64,000 nt of DNA from Euglena gracilis (Eukaryota), in contig CP154954.1 of the NCBI GenBank assembly GCA_039621445.1, positions 1,116,001 to 1,180,000 of the forward strand, given 5' to 3'. The notes below the pieces were generated by a model. The model did not search any database, had not been told where the DNA came from, and worked only from the letters and a program-made list of their open reading frames with translations. Shown piece after piece: positions 25,021-37,159 of this stretch. Both the position numbers and the translations under genes were made by a program. Each line of letters begins with the position of its first letter. The stretch's first letter is position 1.

Positions 25021-25925
25021 ATGGAGTATAGTGAGTTTGCCTACTTTTTACCTTATTAAATTAATAAATTTAAAATTGACTTATTAAAAACTTATAGGGA
25101 GTAAATATTAAGGAAGTACCTTATCAGGATTTTGATAAGTATTCTCACTATTGAGGTTAAATATGGATTAGTTGATTATGCGTTAGTACGAGAATTTCAT
25201 AGAACAGGTGGACCCTCATGTGCATTCGTATTTTATTAAAGAAGTCGATACTAAATTGGCAAATTTTTTCGATATATCTATTGATTCTAAAATTTATAGG
25301 CCAGAGTTAACAATGAGAAAGATTTGCTCGACTATTTAATAAAACAAATATTTAACTTTGTGGATGCTTCAGAAAATTTCATGGCTTCGGAATCAATTCT
25401 TAAAAAATATGGTAAATATTTTCAATATCTTCCTTTGGAAGAAAGGATGATTGAATTAGTGAAAAAAGGGGACATAGAAAATGCTATGTTACTGTTTGAA
25501 AAAGAAAAACCTTCAGAATTTGTATATAAGGGCGACGCTATTGAACGTCAATTAAGAAACATATATTTAAGTACGAGATTAGGTGTGAAATAAAAAATTA
25601 ATTTTAATGAATACATAATACCCAAAGACTTAAGGTGGATGTTGGATATTTATGAATCCCATCTAAATATGGGTAAAAATAAGGTATTTTTAATTTTAGG
25701 CAGTGAACATAGATATTTAATCGATTTTTTCGAATCTTATTTGCAATTTAAAGGCTTTTATCCTTTAGTAGTTAAGAAATCCAAGGATTTACTGAAATTA
25801 AACAATACTTATCATTATGATGCGATAATTTTTGTCAACTCAAATATCCTTGAATATCAAAATGTAAATGAGATAAAAAACATGTTCAACTCTTTAGAAA
25901 CGACGTTAACTGCTTATTATGGAAT
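25021..25925 (+). pseudogene. rep: degenerate geminivirus/CRESS-like rolling-circle Rep (HUH endonuclease plus SF3 helicase)
   Basis: Collinear YFLPY (motif I), VREFHRTG/DPHVH (motif II), NFFDISIDSKIYRP (GRS), DYLIK (motif III), ENAMLLFEKEKPSEF..IERQLRNIY, IPKDLRW, VFLILG, YDAIIFVN; 3 in-frame stops and 2 frameshifts. Confidence 0.78.
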
Positions 25926-25959
25926 ATCTTTGATAAAGGTAGGGTCGTGGATTAAAGCC
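25921..25959 (+). pseudogene. trnI: pseudo-trnI fragment
   Basis: GAATATCTTTGATAAAGGTAGGGTCGTGGATTAAAGCC resembles the leader pseudo-trnI. Confidence 0.75.
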
Positions 25960-26015
25960 TTTCGTTCAACTTGCATGTGTTAAGCATAGCTAAATATTGC
26001 TTTTCGTTAAAATTG

Positions 26016-26118
26016 TAAGGCGTAGGTCTCCAAAACCTGATGTAGTAGGTTCGAATCCTACAAAGCGCGCTTTTAGTGTACACATTATAGTAAATGTGCC
26101 CCTTGCTTGGTCACCAAG
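26016..26118 (+). repeat. 103-bp direct repeat, right copy (pseudo-trnW plus 16S leader)
   Basis: Identical to 19089-19191; leads into 16S. Confidence 0.92.
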
Positions 26119-26150
26119 AGGGTGAAAGGATTTGACCAACTTTGATGTTT

Positions 26151-26894
26151 TGGAAATGACGAGTTTGATCCTTGCTCAGGGTGAACGCTGGCGGTATGCT
26201 TAACACATGCAAGTTGAACGAAATTACTAGCAATAGTAATTTAGTGGCGGACGGGTGAGTAATATGTAAGAATCTGCGCTTGGGTGAGGAATAACAGATG
26301 GAAACGTTTGCTAATGCCTCATAATTTACTAGATCTATGTGAGTAGCTAGTTAAAGAGAATTTCGCCTAGGCATGAGCTTGCATCTGATTAGCTTGTTGG
26401 TGAGGTAAAGGCTTACCAAGGCGACGATCAGTAGCTGATTTGAGAGGATGATCAGCCACACTGGGATTGAGAACGGAACAGACTTTTACGGAAGGCAGCA
26501 GTGAGGAATTTTCCGCAATGGGCGCAAGCCTGACGGAGCAATACCGCGTGAAGGAAGAAGGCCTTTGGGTTGTAAACTTCTTTTCTCAAAGAAGAAGAAA
26601 TGACGGTATTTGAGGAATAAGCATCGGCTAATTCCGTGCCAGCAGCCGCGGTAATACGGGAGATGCGAGCGTTATCCGGAATTATTGGGCGTAAAGAGTT
26701 TGTAGGCGGTCAAGTGTGTTTAATGTTAAAAGTCAAAGCTTAACTTTGGAAGGGCATTAAAAACTGCTAGACTTGAGTATGGTAGGGGTGAAGGGAATTT
26801 CCAGTGTAGCGGTGAAATGCGTAGAGATTGGAAAGAACACCAATGGCGAAGGCACTTTTCTAGGCCAATACTGACGCTGAGAAACGAAAGCTGA

Positions 26895-26926
<32 letters not shown>

Positions 26927-27019
26927 TTGGCCGTAAACTATGGATACTAAGTGGTGCTGAAAGTGCACTGCTGTAGTTAACACGTTAAGTATCCCGCCTG
27001 GGGAGTACGCTTGCACAAG

Positions 27020-27100
<81 letters not shown>

Positions 27101-27168
27101 AGGATTTGACAGGATCTAGGAGGAAGTTTGAAAGAACGCAGTACCTTCGGGTATCTAGACACAGGTGG

Positions 27169-27220
<52 letters not shown>

Positions 27221-27480
27221 CCTTTTTTTTAATTAACGCTTGTCATTTAGAAATACTGCTGGTTATTACCAGAGGAAGGTGAGGACGACGTCAAGTCATC
27301 ATGCCCCTTATATCCTGGGCTACACACGTGCTACAATGGTTAAGACAATAAGTTGCAATTTTGTGAAAATGAGCTAATCTTAAAACTTAGCCTAAGTTCG
27401 GATTGTAGGCTGAAACTCGCCTACATGAAGCCGGAATCGCTAGTAATCGCCGGTCAGCTATACGGCGGTGAATACGTTCT

Positions 27481-27517
<37 letters not shown>

Positions 27518-27638
27518 TGGCTGTGCCCGAAGTTATTATCTTGCCTGAAAAGAGGGAAATACCTAAGGCCTGGCTGGTGACTGGGGTGAAGTCGTAACAA
27601 GGTAGCCGTACTGGAAGGTGTGGCTGGAACAACTCCCT
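26151..27638 (+). rRNA. rrs: 16S rRNA, variant haplotype with 9-nt deletion
   Basis: Full-length SSU; reads GTCCCGCAACCC instead of GTCCCGCAACGAGCGCAACCC. Confidence 0.96.
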
Positions 27639-27723
27639 TTAGTTTTTTAACTAAAAAAATGTATAGATTGAAAACAATGAAAAATAAAAAAAATAAGTAG
27701 GGAAACCTCTTATTTTTCCAAGA

Positions 27724-27797
27724 GGGCTATTAGCTCAGTTGGTTAGAGCATACCCTTGATAAGGGTAAGGTCGCTAGTTCAAGTCTAGCATGGCCCT
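27724..27797 (+). tRNA. trnI: tRNA-Ile(GAU)
   Basis: Same sequence as 4744-4817. Confidence 0.97.
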
Positions 27798-27806
27798 CTT
27801 GGTTTT

Positions 27807-27879
27807 GGGGGTATAGCTCAGTTGGTAGAGCGCTGCCTTTGCAAGGCAGATGTCAGCGGTTCGAGTCCGCTTATCTCCA
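27807..27879 (+). tRNA. trnA: tRNA-Ala(UGC)
   Basis: Same sequence as 4662-4734. Confidence 0.97.
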
Positions 27880-27895
27880 AAAAGGTTTTGATGTA

Positions 27896-29817
27896 GGTTC
27901 AAATGAACAAGGGCTTATGCGGGATTGCTTGGCATTTAGAGTCGAAGAAGGGCGTAGAAATTAACGATATGCTTTAGGGAGCTAAAGACGAGCTTTAATC
28001 TAAAGATTCCCGAATGGGGCAACCTATTACTTTAACATTACAATGAAATGGTATACAAATAATGTAGAGAACTTGGTGAACTGAAACATCTTAGTAGCCG
28101 AAGGAAAAGAAAGCAAAAGCGATTTTCTTATTAGTGGCGAGCTAACGGAAATCAGCCTAAACCTTTATGGGTGTTGTGGGTATATTATAATTACTGAAAA
28201 AGATAGAGAATTTGTTGAAAACAAAATCAAAGAGGGTTTTAAATCCCGTATTTGTTTTTAAAAAGTAATTTTTGATTTTCCCGAGTAGCATAGAGCACGT
28301 GGAATTCTGTGTGAATCAGCGAGGACCATCTCGTAAGGCTAAATACTCCTAAATGACCGATAGTGTACGAGTACCGTGAGGGAAAGCTGAAATAGAACAC
28401 TGAGAAGTGAGTGAAATAGAATATGAAAGCATAAGTTTACAAGCAGTAGGAGATCTATTTAAAGATTGACTGTGTGCCTGTTGAAGAATGAGCCGGCGAC
28501 TTATAGGTGATGGCAAGGTTAAGGTTTTTCCGGAGCCATAGTGAAATCGAGCTTAAATAAAGCGAAAAACTTTCTTCTTGAAAGTTTATGTCATTGCTTA
28601 TAGACCCGAACCCAGGTGATCTAATCATGGTCAGGTTGAAGTTTTGGTAAAACAGAATGGAGGACCGAACCCACCAATGTTGAAAAATTGGGGGATGAAC
28701 TGTGATTAGGGGAGAAATTCCAATCGAACTTGGAGCTAGCTGGATCTCTTCGAAATGCGTTGAGGCGCAGCGTTTAATTATGGTAAACATTAGGGGTAAA
28801 GCACTGTTTCGATGCGGGCTATGAAAATGGTACCAAGTTGTGGCAAACTCTGAATACTAAGTTATATTTCAATTAATCAGTGAGACAGTGGGGGATAAGC
28901 TTCATTGTCAAGAGGGAAACAGCCCAGATCACTACTTAAGGCCCCTAAATAATTACTAAGTGGTAAAGGATGTACTATTACATAGACAACCAGGAGGTTG
29001 GCTTAGAAGCAGCCATTCCTTTAAAAAGTGCGTAATAGCTTACTGGTCAAGTGATAGTGCGCCGAAAATGAACGGGACTAAGTAATTTGCCGAAGGTGTG
29101 AGAGAAATCGGTAGAAGAGCGTTCTGTGTTGAAGAGAAGGAATAGTGAAAATAGTTCTGGATTAAACAGAAGTGAGAATGTCGGCTTAAGTAACGAAAAC
29201 ATTGGTGAAAATCCTATGCTCCGAAAACCTAAGGTTTCCTTAGCCAGGTTCGTCCTCTAAGGGTTAGTCAGGTCCTAAAATAAGGTTTAACAACGTAAAT
29301 TGATGGATGACAGGTTAATATTCCTGTACCGAATGCTCACTTGTAAGGAGTGACGAAAAAGGCTAGATCGGCCACGTGATGGTTTGTGGTTTAAGGGTTC
29401 AAGAGGTATCAAATATTAAAAAAAATATTTTGTCTTAAGGCCTGAATAGTATAAATACTACGGTATTGAAAGTGATTGATGTCATGTTTCCAAGAAAAAC
29501 TTTTGTTTATGTATAGTGAGCTCGCCTGTACCGTAAACTGACACAGGTAGGTTAGTAGAATATACTAAGGAGCGCGAGATAACTCTTTCTAAGGAACTCG
29601 GCAAAATGACTTCGTAACTTCGGAAGAAGAAGTACCTCTAATGAGGTGGCAGAAAAGAGGTCCAAGCGACTGCTTACCAAAAGCACAGGTCTCCGCGAAG
29701 TTGAAAAACCATGTATGGGGGCCGAGGCCTGCTCAGTGCAGGAAGGTTAAAGAAATTGGTTAGCGTAAGCAAAGCTAGTGACTGAAGCCCCTGTGAACAG
29801 CGGCAATAACTATAATT

Positions 29818-29870
<53 letters not shown>

Positions 29871-30358
29871 TTAACGATTTGGACACTGTCTCAGAAAGAG
29901 ACTCGGTGAAATAGAATTGACTGTGAAGATGCGGTCTACTTGCACTTGGACAGAAAGACCCTATGAAGCTTTACTGTATCCTGAAATTGGTTTCGGGCTT
30001 TTTTTGCGCAGAATAGGTGGGAGGCTATGATCTTGTCTTTTGGGATACGGGGAGCCGAAAAATGAGATACCACTCTGAGAAAGCTAGAAATCTAATCTTA
30101 ATCTTATGTACAATCATGATAATTGACAGTTTCAGGCGGGCAGTTTTACTGGGGCGGTAGCCTCCTAAAAAGTAACGGAGGCGTACAAAGGTTTTCTCAG
30201 GCTAGACGGAAATTAGTTGTGGAGTGTAAAGGCATAAGAAAGCTTGACTGTGAGACTTATAAGTCAAACAGAGACTAAAGTCGGTCTTAGTGACCCGACG
30301 GTGCTGTATGGAAAGGCCGTCGTAAACAGATAAAAGTTACTCTAGGGATAACAGGCTG

Positions 30359-30418
<60 letters not shown>

Positions 30419-30435
30419 ACCTGGGGCGGTAGTAC

Positions 30436-30470
<35 letters not shown>

Positions 30471-30785
30471 TACGTGAGCTGGGTTCAGAACGTCGAGAGA
30501 CAGTTCGGTCCATATCCGGTGTGAGCGTTAGAGTATTGAAAGGCGCTTTCCTTAGTACGAGAGGACCGGGAAGGACGCACCACTGATGTACCAGTTTTTG
30601 TGCCAACAGAATACGCTGGGTAGTCAAGTGCGGAGTGGATAACTGCTGAAAGCATATAAGTAGGAAGCCCACCTTAAGATAAGTACTCTTCATAGGTCAC
30701 GGTAAGACGAACCGTTTGATAGGTATTAGGTGTACAATTGGTAACAATTTTAGCCGAGATATACTAACCGACCGAAAATTTTTTC
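27896..30785 (+). rRNA. rrl: 23S rRNA
   Basis: Full-length LSU motifs. Confidence 0.97.
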
Positions 30786-30861
30786 CTATATGAAAACAAA
30801 ACATTTATTTTTACTTGTCACTTTTTTAAGATTTAAAAGTTTCTTGAATGAACTTTTATTT

Positions 30862-30977
30862 TAGGGTGCTCTTGTCTTTATGGATCCACTTAAAACATTT
30901 CGAACTTGCAAGTTAAACATAAAGGGTAAATAGATACTTGAAAGGTTACTTTCCGGGAAAAGATTTTAGTGCCCTTA
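30862..30977 (+). rRNA. rrf: 5S rRNA
   Basis: TAGGGTGCT...AGTGCCCTTA downstream of 23S. Confidence 0.88.
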
Positions 30978-31030
30978 TGGGAAGTTTAATTTATTTAATT
31001 GTCTCTTAGTGAGTTTATTTATTAATATTA

Positions 31031-31053
31031 ACTCGATTTTCGAGTAATTTTTA
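31031..31053 (+). terminator. short hairpin plus T tract after 5S
   Basis: ACTCGA-TTT-TCGAGT then AATTTTTA; present after each complete operon. Confidence 0.45.
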
Positions 31054-31065
31054 TGACTGCCTTTA

Positions 31066-31369
31066 CGGTCGGTTAGTATATCTCGGCTAAAATTGTTACC
31101 AATTGTACACCTAATACCTATCAAACGGTTCGTCTTACCGTGACCTATGAAGAGTACTTATCTTAAGGTGGGCTTCCTACTTATATGCTTTCAGCAGTTA
31201 TCCACTCCGCACTTGACTACCCAGCGTATTCTGTTGGCACAAAAACTGGTACATCAGTGGTGCGTCCTTCCCGGTCCTCTCGTACTAAGGAAAGCGCCTT
31301 TCAATACTCTAACGCTCACACCGGATATGGACCGAACTGTCTCTCGACGTTCTGAACCCAGCTCACGTA

Positions 31370-31404
<35 letters not shown>

Positions 31405-31421
31405 GTACTACCGCCCCAGGT

Positions 31422-31481
<60 letters not shown>

Positions 31482-31969
31482 CAGCCTGTTATCCCTAGAG
31501 TAACTTTTATCTGTTTACGACGGCCTTTCCATACAGCACCGTCGGGTCACTAAGACCGACTTTAGTCTCTGTTTGACTTATAAGTCTCACAGTCAAGCTT
31601 TCTTATGCCTTTACACTCCACAACTAATTTCCGTCTAGCCTGAGAAAACCTTTGTACGCCTCCGTTACTTTTTAGGAGGCTACCGCCCCAGTAAAACTGC
31701 CCGCCTGAAACTGTCAATTATCATGATTGTACATAAGATTAAGATTAGATTTCTAGCTTTCTCAGAGTGGTATCTCATTTTTCGGCTCCCCGTATCCCAA
31801 AAGACAAGATCATAGCCTCCCACCTATTCTGCGCAAAAAAAGCCCGAAACCAATTTCAGGATACAGTAAAGCTTCATAGGGTCTTTCTGTCCAAGTGCAA
31901 GTAGACCGCATCTTCACAGTCAATTCTATTTCACCGAGTCTCTTTCTGAGACAGTGTCCAAATCGTTAA

Positions 31970-32022
<53 letters not shown>

Positions 32023-33944
32023 AATTATAGTTATTGCCGCTGTTCACAGGGGCTTCAGTCACTAGCTTTGCTTACGCTAACCAATTTCTTTAACCTTCCT
32101 GCACTGAGCAGGCCTCGGCCCCCATACATGGTTTTTCAACTTCGCGGAGACCTGTGCTTTTGGTAAGCAGTCGCTTGGACCTCTTTTCTGCCACCTCATT
32201 AGAGGTACTTCTTCTTCCGAAGTTACGAAGTCATTTTGCCGAGTTCCTTAGAAAGAGTTATCTCGCGCTCCTTAGTATATTCTACTAACCTACCTGTGTC
32301 AGTTTACGGTACAGGCGAGCTCACTATACATAAACAAAAGTTTTTCTTGGAAACATGACATCAATCACTTTCAATACCGTAGTATTTATACTATTCAGGC
32401 CTTAAGACAAAATATTTTTTTTAATATTTGATACCTCTTGAACCCTTAAACCACAAACCATCACGTGGCCGATCTAGCCTTTTTCGTCACTCCTTACAAG
32501 TGAGCATTCGGTACAGGAATATTAACCTGTCATCCATCAATTTACGTTGTTAAACCTTATTTTAGGACCTGACTAACCCTTAGAGGACGAACCTGGCTAA
32601 GGAAACCTTAGGTTTTCGGAGCATAGGATTTTCACCAATGTTTTCGTTACTTAAGCCGACATTCTCACTTCTGTTTAATCCAGAACTATTTTCACTATTC
32701 CTTCTCTTCAACACAGAACGCTCTTCTACCGATTTCTCTCACACCTTCGGCAAATTACTTAGTCCCGTTCATTTTCGGCGCACTATCACTTGACCAGTAA
32801 GCTATTACGCACTTTTTAAAGGAATGGCTGCTTCTAAGCCAACCTCCTGGTTGTCTATGTAATAGTACATCCTTTACCACTTAGTAATTATTTAGGGGCC
32901 TTAAGTAGTGATCTGGGCTGTTTCCCTCTTGACAATGAAGCTTATCCCCCACTGTCTCACTGATTAATTGAAATATAACTTAGTATTCAGAGTTTGCCAC
33001 AACTTGGTACCATTTTCATAGCCCGCATCGAAACAGTGCTTTACCCCTAATGTTTACCATAATTAAACGCTGCGCCTCAACGCATTTCGAAGAGATCCAG
33101 CTAGCTCCAAGTTCGATTGGAATTTCTCCCCTAATCACAGTTCATCCCCCAATTTTTCAACATTGGTGGGTTCGGTCCTCCATTCTGTTTTACCAAAACT
33201 TCAACCTGACCATGATTAGATCACCTGGGTTCGGGTCTATAAGCAATGACATAAACTTTCAAGAAGAAAGTTTTTCGCTTTATTTAAGCTCGATTTCACT
33301 ATGGCTCCGGAAAAACCTTAACCTTGCCATCACCTATAAGTCGCCGGCTCATTCTTCAACAGGCACACAGTCAATCTTTAAATAGATCTCCTACTGCTTG
33401 TAAACTTATGCTTTCATATTCTATTTCACTCACTTCTCAGTGTTCTATTTCAGCTTTCCCTCACGGTACTCGTACACTATCGGTCATTTAGGAGTATTTA
33501 GCCTTACGAGATGGTCCTCGCTGATTCACACAGAATTCCACGTGCTCTATGCTACTCGGGAAAATCAAAAATTACTTTTTAAAAACAAATACGGGATTTA
33601 AAACCCTCTTTGATTTTGTTTTCAACAAATTCTCTATCTTTTTCAGTAATTATAATATACCCACAACACCCATAAAGGTTTAGGCTGATTTCCGTTAGCT
33701 CGCCACTAATAAGAAAATCGCTTTTGCTTTCTTTTCCTTCGGCTACTAAGATGTTTCAGTTCACCAAGTTCTCTACATTATTTGTATACCATTTCATTGT
33801 AATGTTAAAGTAATAGGTTGCCCCATTCGGGAATCTTTAGATTAAAGCTCGTCTTTAGCTCCCTAAAGCATATCGTTAATTTCTACGCCCTTCTTCGACT
33901 CTAAATGCCAAGCAATCCCGCATAAGCCCTTGTTCATTTGAACC
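31066..33944 (-). rRNA. rrl: 23S rRNA (extreme 3' end clipped by the inversion junction)
   Basis: Reverse complement of 27896-30776. Confidence 0.96.
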
Positions 33945-33960
33945 TACATCAAAACCTTTT

Positions 33961-34033
33961 TGGAGATAAGCGGACTCGAACCGCTGACATCTGCCTTGCA
34001 AAGGCAGCGCTCTACCAACTGAGCTATACCCCC
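33961..34033 (-). tRNA. trnA: tRNA-Ala(UGC)
   Basis: Same sequence as other copies. Confidence 0.97.
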
Positions 34034-34042
34034 AAAACCAAG

Positions 34043-34116
34043 AGGGCCATGCTAGACTTGAACTAGCGACCTTACCCTTATCAAGGGTATGCTCTAACCA
34101 ACTGAGCTAATAGCCC
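34043..34116 (-). tRNA. trnI: tRNA-Ile(GAU)
   Basis: Same sequence as other copies. Confidence 0.97.
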
Positions 34117-34201
34117 TCTTGGAAAAATAAGAGGTTTCCCTACTTATTTTTTTTATTTTTCATTGTTTTCAATCTATACATTTTTTTAGTTAAAAAACTA
34201 A

Positions 34202-34322
34202 AGGGAGTTGTTCCAGCCACACCTTCCAGTACGGCTACCTTGTTACGACTTCACCCCAGTCACCAGCCAGGCCTTAGGTATTTCCCTCTTTTCAGGCAAG
34301 ATAATAACTTCGGGCACAGCCA

Positions 34323-34359
<37 letters not shown>

Positions 34360-34619
34360 AGAACGTATTCACCGCCGTATAGCTGACCGGCGATTACTAG
34401 CGATTCCGGCTTCATGTAGGCGAGTTTCAGCCTACAATCCGAACTTAGGCTAAGTTTTAAGATTAGCTCATTTTCACAAAATTGCAACTTATTGTCTTAA
34501 CCATTGTAGCACGTGTGTAGCCCAGGATATAAGGGGCATGATGACTTGACGTCGTCCTCACCTTCCTCTGGTAATAACCAGCAGTATTTCTAAATGACAA
34601 GCGTTAATTAAAAAAAAGG

Positions 34620-34671
<52 letters not shown>

Positions 34672-34739
34672 CCACCTGTGTCTAGATACCCGAAGGTACT
34701 GCGTTCTTTCAAACTTCCTCCTAGATCCTGTCAAATCCT

Positions 34740-34820
<81 letters not shown>

Positions 34821-34913
34821 CTTGTGCAAGCGTACTCCCCAGGCGGGATACTTAACGTGTTAACTACAGCAGTGCACTTTCAGCACCACTTAGTATCCAT
34901 AGTTTACGGCCAA

Positions 34914-34945
<32 letters not shown>

Positions 34946-35689
34946 TCAGCTTTCGTTTCTCAGCGTCAGTATTGGCCTAGAAAAGTGCCTTCGCCATTGG
35001 TGTTCTTTCCAATCTCTACGCATTTCACCGCTACACTGGAAATTCCCTTCACCCCTACCATACTCAAGTCTAGCAGTTTTTAATGCCCTTCCAAAGTTAA
35101 GCTTTGACTTTTAACATTAAACACACTTGACCGCCTACAAACTCTTTACGCCCAATAATTCCGGATAACGCTCGCATCTCCCGTATTACCGCGGCTGCTG
35201 GCACGGAATTAGCCGATGCTTATTCCTCAAATACCGTCATTTCTTCTTCTTTGAGAAAAGAAGTTTACAACCCAAAGGCCTTCTTCCTTCACGCGGTATT
35301 GCTCCGTCAGGCTTGCGCCCATTGCGGAAAATTCCTCACTGCTGCCTTCCGTAAAAGTCTGTTCCGTTCTCAATCCCAGTGTGGCTGATCATCCTCTCAA
35401 ATCAGCTACTGATCGTCGCCTTGGTAAGCCTTTACCTCACCAACAAGCTAATCAGATGCAAGCTCATGCCTAGGCGAAATTCTCTTTAACTAGCTACTCA
35501 CATAGATCTAGTAAATTATGAGGCATTAGCAAACGTTTCCATCTGTTATTCCTCACCCAAGCGCAGATTCTTACATATTACTCACCCGTCCGCCACTAAA
35601 TTACTATTGCTAGTAATTTCGTTCAACTTGCATGTGTTAAGCATACCGCCAGCGTTCACCCTGAGCAAGGATCAAACTCGTCATTTCCA
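34202..35689 (-). rRNA. rrs: 16S rRNA, variant haplotype with 9-nt deletion
   Basis: Reverse complement of 26151-27638. Confidence 0.96.
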
Positions 35690-35915
35690 AAACATCAAAG
35701 TTGGTCAAATCCTTTCACCCTCTTGGTGACCAAGCAAGGGGCACATTTACTATAATGTGTACACTAAAAGCGCGCTTTGTAGGATTCGAACCTACTACAT
35801 CAGGTTTTGGAGACCTACGCCTTACAATTTTAACGAAAAGCAATATTTAGCTATGCTTAACACATGCAAGTTGAACGAAAGGCTTTAATCCACGACCCTA
35901 CCTTTATCAAAGATA

Positions 35916-36820
35916 TTCCATAATAAGCAGTTAACGTCGTTTCTAAAGAGTTGAACATGTTTTTTTATCTCATTTACATTTTGATATTCAAGGATATTTG
36001 AGTTGACAAAAATTATCGCATCATAATGATAAGTATTGTTTAATTTCAGTAAATCCTTGGATTTCTTAACTACTAAAGGATAAAAGCCTTTAAATTGCAA
36101 ATAAGATTCGAAAAAATCGATTAAATATCTATGTTCACTGCCTAAAATTAAAAATACCTTATTTTTACCCATATTTAGATGGGATTCATAAATATCCAAC
36201 ATCCACCTTAAGTCTTTGGGTATTATGTATTCATTAAAATTAATTTTTTATTTCACACCTAATCTCGTACTTAAATATATGTTTCTTAATTGACGTTCAA
36301 TAGCGTCGCCCTTATATACAAATTCTGAAGGTTTTTCTTTTTCAAACAGTAACATAGCATTTTCTATGTCCCCTTTTTTCACTAATTCAATCATCCTTTC
36401 TTCCAAAGGAAGATATTGAAAATATTTACCATATTTTTTAAGAATTGATTCCGAAGCCATGAAATTTTCTGAAGCATCCACAAAGTTAAATATTTGTTTT
36501 ATTAAATAGTCGAGCAAATCTTTCTCATTGTTAACTCTGGCCTATAAATTTTAGAATCAATAGATATATCGAAAAAATTTGCCAATTTAGTATCGACTTC
36601 TTTAATAAAATACGAATGCACATGAGGGTCCACCTGTTCTATGAAATTCTCGTACTAACGCATAATCAACTAATCCATATTTAACCTCAATAGTGAGAAT
36701 ACTTATCAAAATCCTGATAAGGTACTTCCTTAATATTTACTCCCTATAAGTTTTTAATAAGTCAATTTTAAATTTATTAATTTAATAAGGTAAAAAGTAG
36801 GCAAACTCACTATACTCCAT
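35916..36820 (-). pseudogene. rep: degenerate CRESS-like Rep, inverted copy
   Basis: Mirror of 25021-25925 with the same stops and frameshifts, plus one extra homopolymer slip. Confidence 0.78.
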
Positions 36821-37159
36821 CAAAAAAAACGCCAATTATTCTACAAATTGACATTGATAAAAAAGCATATTTAAATAAGTGATAGAATAATCACATTTTC
36901 CATGACACTATATTTTAATTAATCGATTTTTTTGACACGCTTTAAGAAAAATATTCTACTTCTACTACGTTTAAAATATGCCCATTTTCAATGATAAAAA
37001 AAAAAGCTTTCAACTAAATTTTTGGTCCAGGTTTTTTTCATCATATTGTGCTTTATAAGAACAATATTTTTTATAAATTTTTTTTACTGTTAAATTGATT
37101 TTTGTATTATTTAAATTTTTTTCTTCTTTTTTTGTCATACTTTTCTCCCTATATAAAAA

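Noticed and set aside
26151-35689. Head-to-head rRNA operons as a genuine plastid inverted repeat
   Set aside because: The arms abut with a clipped 23S and no single-copy region between them, which fits a fold-back junction
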